Assembly: GCF_001194135.2 (NCBI RefSeq)
Contig: NC_068984.1
Span: 107,194,067-107,258,066, forward strand
Source: Octopus bimaculoides
Taxonomy: Eukaryota
Length of the DNA stretch: 64,000 bases
Direction of reading: 5' to 3'
Shown: one piece after another, positions 63,089 to 64,000 of the stretch
Position numbering within the stretch: the first letter of the stretch is position 1
Layout of the letters: each line of letters begins with the position of its first letter
Program-made: the position numbers and the translations under genes
The notes under the pieces: model-generated
What the model was told of the DNA's origin: nothing
Seen by the model: the letters and a program-made list of their open reading frames with translations, nothing else
Databases searched by the model: none

Positions 63089-64000
63089 TTAAGTCGATAT
63101 ATGGATGCAATTAATTTGGTAGTTCTCATAAAAAAAAAGCTCAGTGTATCATTCTACAAAACATATGCAATATATAGTATGATACAAGAGAAAATGATAA
63201 GGAGTGTGTATAAAGTCATAAATGACAGAGAAATTGTATGATGAAATTTTATTTAACAATAAGAAAATTCTAATATCACAACAAATTGTTTCATAACTGA
63301 AAAACATGTAAATAATTTATATTATTATATTTAATAATAAATAAATAACTTACATGCTTGTATTAATGCAAAATACAAAAATCCTTCAAAATAATGCAGA
63401 AATTATGCTACATCCTCAGGTGAAAGAAAGTCTTTTTCAAATGGTAGATTTTAGAAGATTTTAGAAGACAATAAATAATAAAATTGATGTAAATTTAAAA
63501 GAGGATTTTCTAATAAATGGAAGGAAATTTTAGTTATATAAGTAAATAGTAACTAATAGATATTAGTAGTACAATAAAAGAAAAGAGATGTATTTATTAC
63601 TAAAAATCTAGAAAATAAAAGATCATAAACATAGAAAAAACAATATAATGATAATAATAACAAACTAAAACTAAATAAAAGTATTTAGTGACAAAATTTA
63701 TGAAGACTGTTAAATAAAGTTTCATCAAACTATTTGTCTGTCATGATTTTATATATGTATATATATATTTAATATACGTTGTTAAGTTAAATCCCAGCTG
63801 TTTCCTCTTGAAGCACATCTGCTTATTCCATTGTTACAATCAATATGTATCCATTATTACTGTTGTATGTAAATCAAAACACATTAAAATTGAAGAGTAT
63901 GGAAATATTATTTGGAGAGTTGTTGAATAAACAAAACAGAAATATGGAAAATACCAAAAAATCTATTTTCCTATTTTGTTGACATATATATATATATATA

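Overview
AT-rich, repeat-saturated eukaryotic (animal) genomic DNA from a draft assembly, with nine N gaps (3107-3438, 4266-5064, 6930-6939, 10126-10593, 23799-23876, 25521-26267, 32011-32449, 33796-34613, 62042-62051). The dense (TA)n/(CA)n/(TATG)n/trinucleotide microsatellites and the tRNA-headed SINE families suggest an octopus (coleoid cephalopod); this is inference from repeat style. One host gene is well supported: four in-phase + strand exons (45020-45063, 46027-46144, 49933-50178, 57226-57360) encode the N-terminal ~181 aa of a TSNAXIP1-like protein, which continues beyond the last exon found. An RFX X-box-like motif lies just upstream. The rest is mostly mobile DNA: several RTE LINEs (one near full length), two R4/Dong-like REL LINE ends, a three-LTR tandem Gypsy element with a nested solo LTR, two mariner (DD34D-type) and two maT (DD37D)-like copies, MITEs and many SINEs. 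The most unusual signals are (i) small foldback elements carrying Penelope-type minimal hammerhead ribozyme motifs, two families having a C at core position 4, and (ii) a 794-bp foldback transposon with an 8-bp TSD whose centre is a head-to-head (TTAGGG)n/(CCCTAA)n array. Repeat boundaries without a TSD or TIR are approximate, and all alignments were done by eye.
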